Shown here piece by piece: positions 1 to 28,040 of a DNA stretch of 64,000 nt. Origin of the DNA: the human T2T-CHM13v2.0 reference genome, Homo sapiens. The notes under the pieces were generated by a model. It saw nothing but the letters and a program-made list of their open reading frames with translations. It searched no databases and was not told the origin of the DNA. The stretch lies in assembly GCF_009914755.1 (NCBI RefSeq), contig NC_060929.1; one strand, written 5' to 3'. Within the stretch, counting starts at the first letter, position 1. Each line of letters opens with the position of its first letter. A program made the position numbers and the translations under genes.

Positions 1-135
1 TTTTTTTTTTTTTAATAGAGATGGGGGTCTCACCATATTGCCCAGGCTCATTTTGAACTCCTGAGCTCAAGCCATCCTCCCACCTCGGCCTCCCAAAATG
101 CTGGGATTACAGGTGTGAGCTACCACATTGGGCCC
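1..135 (-). mobile_element. Alu left-arm fragment
   Basis: ...gcctcccaaaatgctgggattacaggtgtgagc. Confidence 0.9.
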
Positions 136-506
136 AGAAAGTTTCTTAATGACTCTTTCCAATCAATTCTCAACCCTGTAGGAAATCACTGTTCTGATTT
201 CTTTCACCATAAATTTGATTTACTTGTTCTTAAACTTATATAAATAAATCTTACAAGATGTACTTTTTATTACCTGGCTTCTATGGCTCAATATAATGTT
301 TATGAGATTCAACCATGTGGTTGGTGTACCTGCCATTCCTTTTTTTAAAATTGCTAAATAGTACTTATACCACAATCCATTTTTCTATTCTCCTGTTGAT
401 GAACATTTGGATCTTTTTCAGTTTTGGCTGTGTAGGGAGTACAAACTTTCCCCTACTCTTAGCTTCTATGGCTGGGCCTGAGAATTAAACTGACCTGATA
501 CATTTC

Positions 507-783
507 TTTGTGGCGTGATCTTGGCTCACTGCAACTTCTGCCTCCCGGGTTCAAGCACTTCTCTGCCTCAGTACTGTACTGTACTGTACTGTACTCAGTA
601 CTGTAATCCTCAGTAGCTGGGATTACAGGCGCCCATCACCACACCCGGCTAATTTGTGGATTTTTAGTAGAGACAGGGTTTCACCATGTTGGCCAGGCTG
701 GTCTTGAACTCCTGACCTTGTGATCCACCCGCCTTAGCCTCCCAAATTACTGGGATTACAGGCGTGAGCCACCGCGTCCGGCC
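507..783 (-). mobile_element. Alu lacking 3' end, with internal (GTACT)n
   Basis: Alu body with TSD ACCTGA(T/G)ACATTTC at 493-506 and 785-798. Confidence 0.9.
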
Positions 784-838
784 AACCTGAGACATTTCAA
801 TAGGATAAAAGTATACAAATTTTACTTAATATTTTTAA

Positions 839-1210
<372 letters not shown>

Positions 1211-1303
1211 AGAGTCTTTTCTACATCTGCTGTAATTCCCAATTGGCTTCAGCTCAAAATAATCAATATGCCAAAAGCGACATTCTGGGGTGGCATGTTC
1301 TGA

Positions 1304-2051
<748 letters not shown>

Positions 2052-2503
2052 AGAACTGTCAAACAATTTCTGAAGTGGTTGTACTATTTTACACTCCCAT
2101 CAATAGTATATAAAAGTTTCAGTTGCTCCTGTACTCTGTATGTAAATTGGAGAGGTCCCTATTTACTTTTCAGTGTCATCTCTTTTCAGAGACTTTAACA
2201 GAATGTATTTTGTAGCATTAAATTCCAAGTATGTGGGCAACCAAATCCTGGATAATTCTTGCCCAGTTACCAATATAAATTCTCAACATACACAAATACA
2301 ATATTTCATACAAAAGATAGTCATCTCATTTTATGTGATAGTTTTATTCCTGAAAAACTTATAAAGCTAATTTGTGTAATTCAAATCATTAACTGAATGC
2401 ATCTTCCCCTACTTCCATGTCCAGTTCAAATGGTCCTCTTGCAGGATGTTCTATCATGTTGTCCTGAACTGAAGTGATTCCTTCTTTAAATTTTAGCAGT
2501 TTC

Positions 2504-2854
<351 letters not shown>

Positions 2855-2910
2855 TCATAATTTATGGCATCATTGCTTACCCTATTTAATCACATGTAAA
2901 CATTTTATTT

Positions 2911-2911
<1 letters not shown>

Positions 2912-2940
<29 letters not shown>
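2912..2940. repeat. (CA)n microsatellite
   Basis: About 14 perfect CA units. Confidence 0.97.
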
Positions 2941-2945
<5 letters not shown>

Positions 2946-3021
2946 ATACAGTGCCTTCACTGAAGGAAGGAACTATATCTTATACTTAAAAACAAACAAA
3001 CAAACAAAACAAAAAACTCCT

Positions 3022-4983
<1,962 letters not shown>

Positions 4984-5997
4984 CATTCACCCCTATTTTT
5001 TTTTTAATTTTAAAATTTTTGTTCTTACTCTCAGAATTTAAAACCCCTACCTATAAAGAAAAAAAAAAGGAAAACAAGTTTGAGCAGTATAAAAACTTCA
5101 GGTGGCTGTGCTACCTGAATCCTCTTAAAGATGGTAAATATACTTTAAAACTCCTAAGCTTTTTTTTTTAACATGAAAATCAAAATCAGACTTGGAAGAC
5201 ATTCTGGATAGTCACTCAACCTTCTAAAACATGATGTCTACACTTTTATAATAACTGGAAAAAGTATCAAGTTTGTAAAATATATTTAGTCGAACAATCT
5301 GTTCCAGGAGAAGATCATGTATTCAGTTATTTCTTCATTCATCCATTCAGCAAACATATATTGAAGAGATACCATTTAGCAATTTTTTATTTCATTTTGT
5401 GTCGCAGTCCTAGCTATCCTATTTGTTTGCAATGTATACTCAATTTATCTGCCAGCTGTCACTCCCCTCTCCCAAGACAAAAGTGGGTTACTGCTAAGCT
5501 TTCAGTCTCTCCTCCCCATTCCTTCTCACCCCATCCTAGTATGGCCCCTTCTCCCCAGATGTCTTATGTATCATATATTTTTCTGTCCCAGATCCAAATG
5601 ACATACATAAAGTAGGACAAATGTCAATTAAGTTCTTTACATGTAGTGAGGTAGTTGTAGGAGGAGTATGGACAAGGGAAAATGATGGCATGGCATTTTG
5701 AGACTTGGTGGGGATATATATGGTCTAACCAATAATCAGGACATGTGCCCTGACAAGTAAATGGAGGTGTATAGTAAAAACAAAGGCAGGATATTTGAAA
5801 TCACCACTATCCTAGTAAATGCAGAAGTGTTGTCACCAAATTTACAAATTTGTTACTTCTAATTCATTGGGGAAAACTTTGGAGGGATAAGATTTCAGGA
5901 ATTACTTGAATAAAGGGAGCTTGACTAACTTAGTATGAGAGAACAGAAGGCCATAATCCAGGTTTAGCATTAGGTATGGGAAACACCTAGAGAATAA

Positions 5998-9958
<3,961 letters not shown>

Positions 9959-10250
9959 GGATGAATTTTCAAATAGAAACAATCCAGTTTCCCACATCAC
10001 ACGGAGATTGTGTGGATGGGTAATCCATGAAAAGCCTGGTGCTGGCACTCAGTCCCAATAAATGTTAGCTAAAAATTAGGAACTTTTCAAAGGGATGAAT
10101 GTGCTTTCTAATAGAAGTAGCTGCCAGTGACATCTTGGGAGCCTCTTTTTAAAAGCAAAAAATTATTTCATCTTAAATTTTCACAAGTTCAGATTTTTAT
10201 GTACCTGATTTTAACGGAGTATGAAACAGCTTGCTCTCGTAGTTACTCAC

Positions 10251-10500
10251 CGTCATATGTTAATCGTATCATTTCTGAGCTGTTTTTTGATTTTACAAAC
10301 CCTTAAATTAAGAAACGGATTAGGAACCGCCCATTAACACTGTTGGCAAATGATTTAAAATCAGGGTTGCTGGTTTTTCTGTGATAATCTATCGGCTTCA
10401 AGACGCACAGATCTCAATTTCATGGAAAGAAGTTGCCTGATACAGTTTTCCACCGGAGAGAAAAATAAAGGCTGGTACTTGGAACCTGCAAGCCGTGCAT
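10251..10500 (-). ncRNA. Probable first exon of a divergent lncRNA (LMNB1-DT-like)
   Basis: Consensus minus-strand donor ACG|GTGAGT at 10250-10245, just outside the CpG island. A divergent transcript is, to my recollection, annotated at this locus. The start coordinate is a guess. Confidence 0.4.
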
Positions 10501-11096
10501 TTGGAACCTCGGACTCAAGTGCCTATTACGTAATTCCACAGCGTCCCGGCCTCCAGGCCGTTTCCCGAGCCCTCCAGCGGAGCGGGGGATAAGGTTACCA
10601 CGCCCGCGGTGGCCGGGGACACTCTGAGTTTCGCGTGTGGCTTTTAGGGACGTTTATATTTGAATTTCCCTGAACCGCCGAGTGTGGGCGGTGGCGCAGA
10701 TCCGTCCCGGAAACCTCCGGGCTCCTTCCCGCCTTTCTCAGGCCCGGCCCCTCCAAGGGGTCCCCGCGGGGCGGCGGGAGGGCCCTGGGCCCAGAGCCGC
10801 GCGGGTGGGCAGTCCCAGGCGTCCTTCCTTACAGCCCTGAGCCCGGTCCGGGAACCGCCCAGCCGGGAGGGCCGAGCTGACGGTTGCCCAAGGGCCAGAT
10901 TTTAAATTTACAGGCCCGGCCCCCGAACCGCCGAAGCGCGCTGCCTGCTCCCCATTGGCCCATGGTAGTCACGTGGAGGCGCCGGGGCGTGCCGGCCATG
11001 TTGGGGAGTGCGGCGCCGCGGCCCGCGCCACCTCCGCCCCCCGCGGCTTGCCTCCAGCCCGCCCCTCCCGGCCCTCCTCCCCCCGCCCGCCGCTCC

Positions 11097-11824
<728 letters not shown>

Positions 11825-13572
11825 TGAGTGCTAGCTGGCGGCCGCGTTAGCGCCAAGGAGGGGCGGGGGCGCAACCGCGGCGACCAGCTCACCGGGTTCT
11901 GCCGTGGGGAGGGAGCAGAGGCCAGGATGCACGCGTCCTTCTGAAGGAACAGGGTCTCGGTCTCCGGAAAGGAGAAAGAATCTAGAGTTCATAGCGGAGC
12001 AGGGGTCGCGGAGGGGGCTCGAGCTGTAGCGCTGGGGGGCCGTGATGCCCATTTCTAGATTTTGGATACCCGCTGGGACGTGGTAAGTGCGCGCCTGGGA
12101 CTGCCGAGAAGGAGCTCCCGCTTTCGCACTCGAATCCGGGGAGCCGGCGCGGAGAGGCGGCCCCTCAGGCCCCAGGTGCGGGGAGCTGGAGCGCGAGCGC
12201 GCGCTCGCGTGCGCGCCCCAGTTTCCGGCCGGCGCGAGACAAAGCGTCTAGCGGATTTGCAGTGCCGGGATGGGCGGCCGGGGAGGACTGGCAGCCCGCC
12301 TCTAGAATGAATGAGCTTCGCGCGGGCAGAGAGAGGAAGGGGAGGGACCTTCCCGCAGCATCCGCGTCTCCTGGGGGTGGGTCCCGCTTTGGCGCGCTCA
12401 GTCTTGGCCCTGTGACGTTTTGCGAAGATTCTACGCCTGCTTTAGGCGGGAGAGAGAGGCGGAGCTTGATCCGTGCGCCTCCAGCCAGCCCCGGGCAAGT
12501 TAGGTTTGCTAGCTGGTTAGCTTTCTCTGGGGAAATGTGTCCTGTCCCAGCGGGGATGGTGCGGTCCCTCGGGTGGTTCTGCGCAGGGAAGGAAAGCTGG
12601 GTTTGTGCATGTCACGGCTACCGTTCTTAGAATTGCGGTTCTCCTACCCCTCAGGCAGCGGCCCTCTGTCCCCAGCTTTTGCCTCCTCGTAGTATAGTCA
12701 GGCTTTCGGGTAGAGACTGTGCTTAGTACCCCTTAGTCGACCACTGTGCAGATAGTAGACCAGGGCAGGTGACAGGGTGCTGTGTAAATGCTGAGTGTTT
12801 GAGCGAAGGAGAGTTTGTAATTCACCTAAGCGAGTGCGAGTTTTCATTCCAGTGCACAAGGATACATTTGCAGACCTTTGCTGGCCTTATTTTGACTTTC
12901 TGATAAGCAAAATGGCCTGTCATCAGTAGGCAACAAGTGTTGATGTCATGCTTTAGAGATTTGCAAAATTTGGGTCTGAAATTCATGGTCGCCATTAGCA
13001 CTGCCAGCTGAAATTTCTGGAGGTACCTTATTCTCACTTTGACACCCTTTGCCCCTGGATGTCTTTCTGTCTGTATCTGCGTGAATGTCCCTGTCCGAAG
13101 TCTCTGAGATTTTGTGTATTTTTACTTATCCCTCCTATCATATGTTTTCGGTTCATAAAAAAGCATGTGCACGTGGTAAGAATAAAATAGTATAGACTGG
13201 TTTGTAGCGAAAAACGATAACTGCACTACCTCTTTCCGGAGGCAATCACATTTATCCCTTTTTGTTTTTATTTCTTTGGATATTTAGTTATACAACTCGA
13301 AAATAATACTAAGCTTGTATTTCCCTTTCTTGGATTTACTAAGCCTTGGTTTCATCTTTTAAAATGAGCAGTCAGTTAACTCACACTATTATTTCTATGT
13401 TCCTCCAAATTTTTTGCCACTGAATTCCTTCAAATCTTAGATATCGTTGCTTGTAAGACTTGCCATTATTATGTGTACCACTAAGAAAATAAAAACATCA
13501 GGACCAACTGTGTAGGATCCATCCTGTTGGACCCATCATGATGGGTTTCATAGATATTAAAATGTCAAACAG

Positions 13573-14155
<583 letters not shown>

Positions 14156-14966
14156 ATTAACACAGATCAAATATCTGTTGCGTACCAGTCACCGTTCTAT
14201 GTTAGAGGATATGAAGATTTTTTTAAAAAAATGAATTACTGTTCTTTGTTGCTGAGAGTGTAGTGGGGGAGCTATATCCCAGCAAGTAAAGAAAGATTGT
14301 CTTTTGTCTGATGTGAAGCATTTTGATGCTGGCGCTTTTGTAATCTTTCCAGGAGTTAGCCACAGGAGGTTTTTCACACAGTAACAAGGCTGCCACCTGG
14401 CTGACAGTAGTTGTAAATGTATCGATTCTAAAATGCATGCTGGTTTCAGCGGGGTTAAAAAATGAGAATAATGTGTATTAGAATCAATGAAATAATGCAT
14501 GTGATACAATTTAGGTAATAGCAGATGCTAAGGGAATAAAAATAAAGCGGAGTGAAGGGTTAGTGTGATTAAGGAAGGCCTGTCTGAGGAGTTGACAGTA
14601 CCTATTCTCTGAGGGTTAGTAGTGTTCTGGGATTATATTTTTCTTAAGTCTGTGCTACTGTATGTATATTCCTATTGCCAGGATTAGATGACTCTTCTTT
14701 TCCCCCCAACATACCATCATTTGCTCAAAACATGCCACATTTTAGTTTGCTCCTTATTTGAATTAGGACTTTTTTTATATGGATTTATTCCTCAATAGCT
14801 TTTCATTTTTCTTGTTAAGAAAAATTTGCCCTCAGTGTGTTTGCAGACTTTTTGAAGATATTTAATCATAATATCTATCACATGAATCTGCTTTCTTCCC
14901 TAGAGTTCTCTTTGCTTAAGGTAGGCTGTGTACTGATGTCCTGTAACTTATTAAAGACAGCTTCCT

Positions 14967-17195
<2,229 letters not shown>

Positions 17196-17851
17196 ACCTT
17201 CATCATCCTGTGTATTACTATATCTTTTTTTAATGTACTGATTTTGCCCTATTTGAAGCAGATTGACAGTATACATCTTGGCCTTAATATAAGAGTTATC
17301 AAACTTTTATATTTTTATAACTCTTAAAATATAAGAGTTATAAAACTAGTTTTCTTTATAAGAGTTATAAAACTAGTTAAACTGCTTTTCATAGTTCTTT
17401 TATAACAGAGTTATGTTAAATGTTACTTTAATTTTCAAGGGAAGACTTGGAAGGACCAAACCCCTAAAAATGATTTAAAAGTCTAGGAAGCAGGTCCCAA
17501 GTAATTAAACTGTCATGACATTTCCTTCCCATGCTTTCAAAAGATGTTTGATAAAGCAAGATCTTTTGGAGTTGTTTATTTAACTTAGGGGATGAGACTA
17601 GGTAATATTTTGCATACCCAGATTCAAGGAAGTAAACAGGCAGAATGAAAGATAAAGCACTATTAAAATATGGTGGGTCTTTTCTTTTTTGTGTCTTTAC
17701 ACAGTTGCTGGTTATATTTATTCTTTCGTTTGTATAGATGGTGTCACCTCTGATATGTCTGAGTTAGAAATCTTCAGACTTTTTTTTTATGCCATTAGTG
17801 TAAGTCTCTTTCATGTACAAATGTTGAGAATGAGCCTCAGGTATCAGTTGA

Positions 17852-20358
<2,507 letters not shown>

Positions 20359-20939
20359 AGACATTATCTTTTAAGCTCATGATAACTGCTGATGAGTAAG
20401 GAAACTTCAGGCTCAGAGAGTTTAAGTATTTTGCCTGGTATTACTTAGCAAGTAATGAAAGCTAGAAAGGATGGTAGCCTGACTTCTAGCATTGTGATAG
20501 GGTGTTCACATACATAACCTTATTTCATCCATACAACAGTGTTCTACAGGTATTACTCTGGTTTACCGACATGTAGCAGGCTCACAGAGCATCATTATCT
20601 GTGGTTGGTACTTGAAGTCTCAGATAGGATAGTTGATTTTCAGATCCCTTTGGGTGCTACTTTTGGAAATGCTACTAGTTGCATGTTTTTCACGTTGATA
20701 GTTTGTAGCCTTCAAGGGAGGTAATTTTGGATTTGTCAGAAGGGTAGTGGTCAGTAGTTGAAACAGCTGTTTGAAATACTGAGGGCTTCATTTGCTAAAG
20801 AAAGGTGAAGATGAATTACTGAAAGAGATCGCTTTTATCTTTTTTCTCTTCTTAAAAAGCTACTTTCCAACTTTATTCCATGCCTTAATAATTTAAAAGA
20901 AATTAAAACCTCTAAATAAATCTTTAATACTCATGACAG

Positions 20940-22800
<1,861 letters not shown>

Positions 22801-23341
22801 TTATGAGTTTAGAATACTTGTTTAAGAATGTTGGCAGTGAAGGGAAGGAGACAAGTTTTTTTTTGTTTTTTTTGTTTTTTTTTTTGAGACAAGGTCTTGT
22901 TCTCTTGCCGGTGCTGGATTACAGTGGTGCATGGTTCACTATAACCTGGACCTCCCAGGCTCAAGTGATCCTCCCACCTCAGCCTCTGGAGTAGCTGGGA
23001 CTACAGGCACACACCACCACGACTGGCTAATTTTTTGTGGGGAGAGGGTTTTGCCATGTTTCCCAGGCTGGTCTTGAACTTTGAGCTCAAGCAATCCGCC
23101 TGCCTCGGCCTCTCAAAGTGTTGGGATTACAGGTGTGAGCCACTGTGTCTGGCGGGAGGGAGGCATTCTTAAGGGTCAATTTAAACTAGATTCTTACTCA
23201 GTGTTTATGTAACAAAACATTGGACAGGGGACCAGAACCCTTATCTCTCTAAGGTTGTGTCCTAAAATGTGATCATTTCACCCCTTTTGGTATAAAACAT
23301 TTTAGTAGCTTCTAGGGTAAAGACTAAGACCCTACTAATAG

Positions 23342-23482
23342 TAGGGTGACCATATAATTTGGCATCCAAATTGGGATACTTTTGTGTATGAAAGAGGGAG
23401 CTGTTAATAATTATGCAGTGACAGCTCGCATAAATGGAACTTGTCCTTGGCAATCTGGGACATATTTGCCCAGGTTATCCTA
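23342..23482. mobile_element. MER94-like hAT-Blackjack MITE
   Basis: TAGGGTGACCATATAATTT...ATCCAAATTGGGATACTTTTG...GAAAGAGGG...TTAATAATTATGC. Confidence 0.7.
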
Positions 23483-24787
23483 CCTAAAAGTTCTTTCCCT
23501 ACATGGGCTGGTCCCAGTCTGACCCTCCAGCTTCATCTCATACCACAGTTGAACTTGTTTACTCCTCTTTAGCCATGAAATCCTTTATTCAGTCCCGTTT
23601 ACTGTGATCCTCTTAAAATAGGGACTTTGCATTTGGAGTTTCCTTTGAATTTTTTTTTTGAGGACGAGACTTGCTGTGTCTTCTTGGCTGGAGTGCAGTG
23701 GTGTGACCTTGGCTCACTGCAACCTCTGCCTTCCAGTTTCAAGTGATTCTCCTGCCTCAGCCTCCTGAGTAGCTGGGACTACAGGCGCCTACCAACGAGC
23801 CCGACTAATTTTTTGTATTTTTAGTAGAGATGGGGTTTCACCGTGTTGGCCAGGTTGGTCTCGATCTCCTGACCTCATGATCCACCTGCCTCGGCCTCCC
23901 AAAGTGCTGGGATTACAGGCGTGAGCCACTGTGCCCGGCCTAATTTTACATTTTTAATAGAGATGAGGTTTCTTCATGTTAGGCTGGTCTTGAACTCCCG
24001 ACCTCAGATGATCCGCCCACCTCAGCCTTCCAAAGTGCTGAGATTACAGACATGAGCCACTGAGCCCGGCCTTATTTTATTTTATTTTTGAGACAGTCTT
24101 GCTCTGTTGCCCAGACTGGAGAGTAGTGAGTGGTATGATCTCTGCTCAGTATAACCTCCACCTCCCACGTTCAAGTGATTGTTGTGCTTCAGCCTCTCCA
24201 GTAGCGGGGATTACAGGCGTGCACCACCAAGCCCTGTGAATTTTTGTATTTTTAGTAGAGAAGGGGTTTTGCCATGTTGGCCAGGCTGGTCTCGAACTCC
24301 TGACCTCAGGTGATCTGCCTGCCTCGGCCTCCCAAAGTGCTGGGATTACAGATGTAAGCCACCACATCTGGTCTGCTGTGTTATTTTTAATTTGTGCAGA
24401 ATGCAGGAGTTGTCAGAAGCAACATATGTTATAGCAGAAATACTTACATAGTCCCCAGCAGAACTCAGTAATATACTGTGATTAGTTTTTTTTGCCTATC
24501 ACACCTTTTGATCACCTATAAAAATAGTACTTTTTCCCACTTACTTTTTTGTATAATTATATAGAGTCTATGCCAGTTGTTAGAACATCAAATCATTTAG
24601 GATCATTTTTAAATTAATTTTACCTCATTAAATAAAGAATTACCTTTGGGTACCTTGTGTTTTTCTACAGTCTAGTTGTATTGTATAAGCATTGATAGTT
24701 TGGGTATAGAATTCTAGGTTGTAAATGCTATTTTCTTAGACTTTTGAAGGCATGTTTTGGCCGAGGTGGGTGGATCACCTGAGGTCA

Positions 24788-25054
<267 letters not shown>

Positions 25055-25718
25055 CTAGCTTTCATTGGCTGCAGAAGTAATGATGAGTGAAAAATTTAAA
25101 AGCTTGTAGGATCTTCTTTTGATCCAGTTCTAAAATTTCACAGGGATGTTCCTTGTTGTAGATCTCTTTTCATCCATTGTGTTCATCATCTGATTGAATT
25201 CTTTTGGTCTTGAAATTTATGTCCTTCAGTTGTTGGAAATTTTCTTGAGATTTTCTCCTCTTTTATTACCATATGAGACTCCTAGTATTCAAATGTTGGA
25301 TCTCTTACATTGATCCTTTGGTTTTCTTCCCTTTTTTAAAAAATATTTTTTCTCTACTAAGAGATGTTCTCAATTTTGTTTTCCAATTTTTGCTATTGTA
25401 TTTTAAATTTCTAATAGCTTCTTTTTATTCTGTCTCTTTTTTTTAAAGATAGGGTCTTACCCTTGCCCAGGCTGGAGTGCAGTGGCATGATCTTGGCTCA
25501 CTACAGCCTCAACCTCCTAGGCTCAAGTGATCCTCTCACCTTAGCCTCTGGAGTAGTTGGGACTACTACTGGAGTAGTTGGGTGTGTGCCACTACACCTA
25601 GCTAATTTCTTGATTTTTTTCATAGAGACAGGGTCTTACTATGTTGCTGGTCTCAAACTCCTGAGCTCAAGTGGTCCTTCTGCCTCAGCCTCCCAAAGTG
25701 TTGGGATTACAGGTGTGA

Positions 25719-26072
<354 letters not shown>

Positions 26073-26530
26073 TAGCATTGTTTTTGTCTAAATTTGATGG
26101 ATTTGGTTCCTTTTTTTTTTTTTTTTTGGAGACAGAGTCTTACTCTGTCACCCAGACTGGAGTACAGCGGCATGATCCCAGCTCACTGCAACCTCCGCCC
26201 CCTGTGTTTAAGTGATTCTCCTGCCTCAGCCTCCCGAGTAACTGGGATTACAGACACGTGCCATTACGCCTGGCTAACTTTTGTATTTTTAGTAGAGATG
26301 GGATTTTGCCATGTTGACCAGGCTCGTCTTAAACTCCTGACCTCAGGTGATTCGCCTGCCTCCCAAAGTGCTGGGATTATAGGCGTGAGCCACTGTGCCT
26401 GGTGTGTTTGGTACTTTCTCTTATCTTTGCAGAAGTCTTCATTGTCCTTCATAGTCCCTCTTTGCTAAGTTAATTTCTTTTTCTGTTTAGGTCTTTGTGT
26501 CATCACTCAGTGCAGGGAACAGAAAGCACT

Positions 26531-26561
<31 letters not shown>

Positions 26562-26563
26562 GA

Positions 26564-26847
<284 letters not shown>

Positions 26848-27541
26848 TAGGGATTTTAAGCAGAAAGGGAAACAATATGAGATGTAGGTGCTTAGAAATG
26901 ATTTTTAGAGAGGCTAGAGGAGCAATAATGATGCTTAGAACATTGTTGTAGAACTGACCTTCTTTGGGAGCTTTTATGTGTGAGGCCACCAATGGAACCA
27001 GTAAACTGTTTTAAAAACAGTATATAGCTACTATTCAGGACTAGGAAGCTGCCACTGCTATTGCTTTAGGAATAGCTGCCTCATAACACCCAGCAAACTG
27101 GAGAATGGACATTGGAACACTGTTTCAGAAATATTTTACACCCAGGTCAGTGCCTAGCACATTGTAGATGAGTGACAAAGGTAGTAGTTATTGGTTTTTC
27201 TTTTTCTTTTTAAATGAATCAGTCATTTAAATTAAGACTTAATGTGTACGAGTCTGCTCCATACTCCTGTGCCTGTTTATGTTACAGTGATTTTTTTTTT
27301 TGTTTCAAAGAAGTGGTTTTGTGGTCCAGTTTCAATCTCATTTAGTATTTTTCCTAATTTTACCCGAGTTTCAACTAGAGTTTGCCTGAGTCTGATTAGG
27401 TTGTTGCTAATTCTTTGACAGATTAGTTTATTCAGTGAGTAGCAGAATTTTATTGGCACCGGAAACTATCCTTTGTAACTTTGAGTTTATGCAAAAGCAT
27501 CTTCTTAGTCTTTTTGCACATGCCAGAGGAGACCCTTGTTA

Positions 27542-27694
<153 letters not shown>

Positions 27695-27737
27695 TTAGCC
27701 GAATGTAGTGTCGGGCGCCTGTAATCCTAGCTACTCA

Positions 27738-28040
<303 letters not shown>

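Noticed and set aside
13531-13546. 16-bp palindrome ACCCATCATGATGGGT
   Set aside because: An 8-bp-arm palindrome is expected about once by chance in 64 kb; no context supports function.
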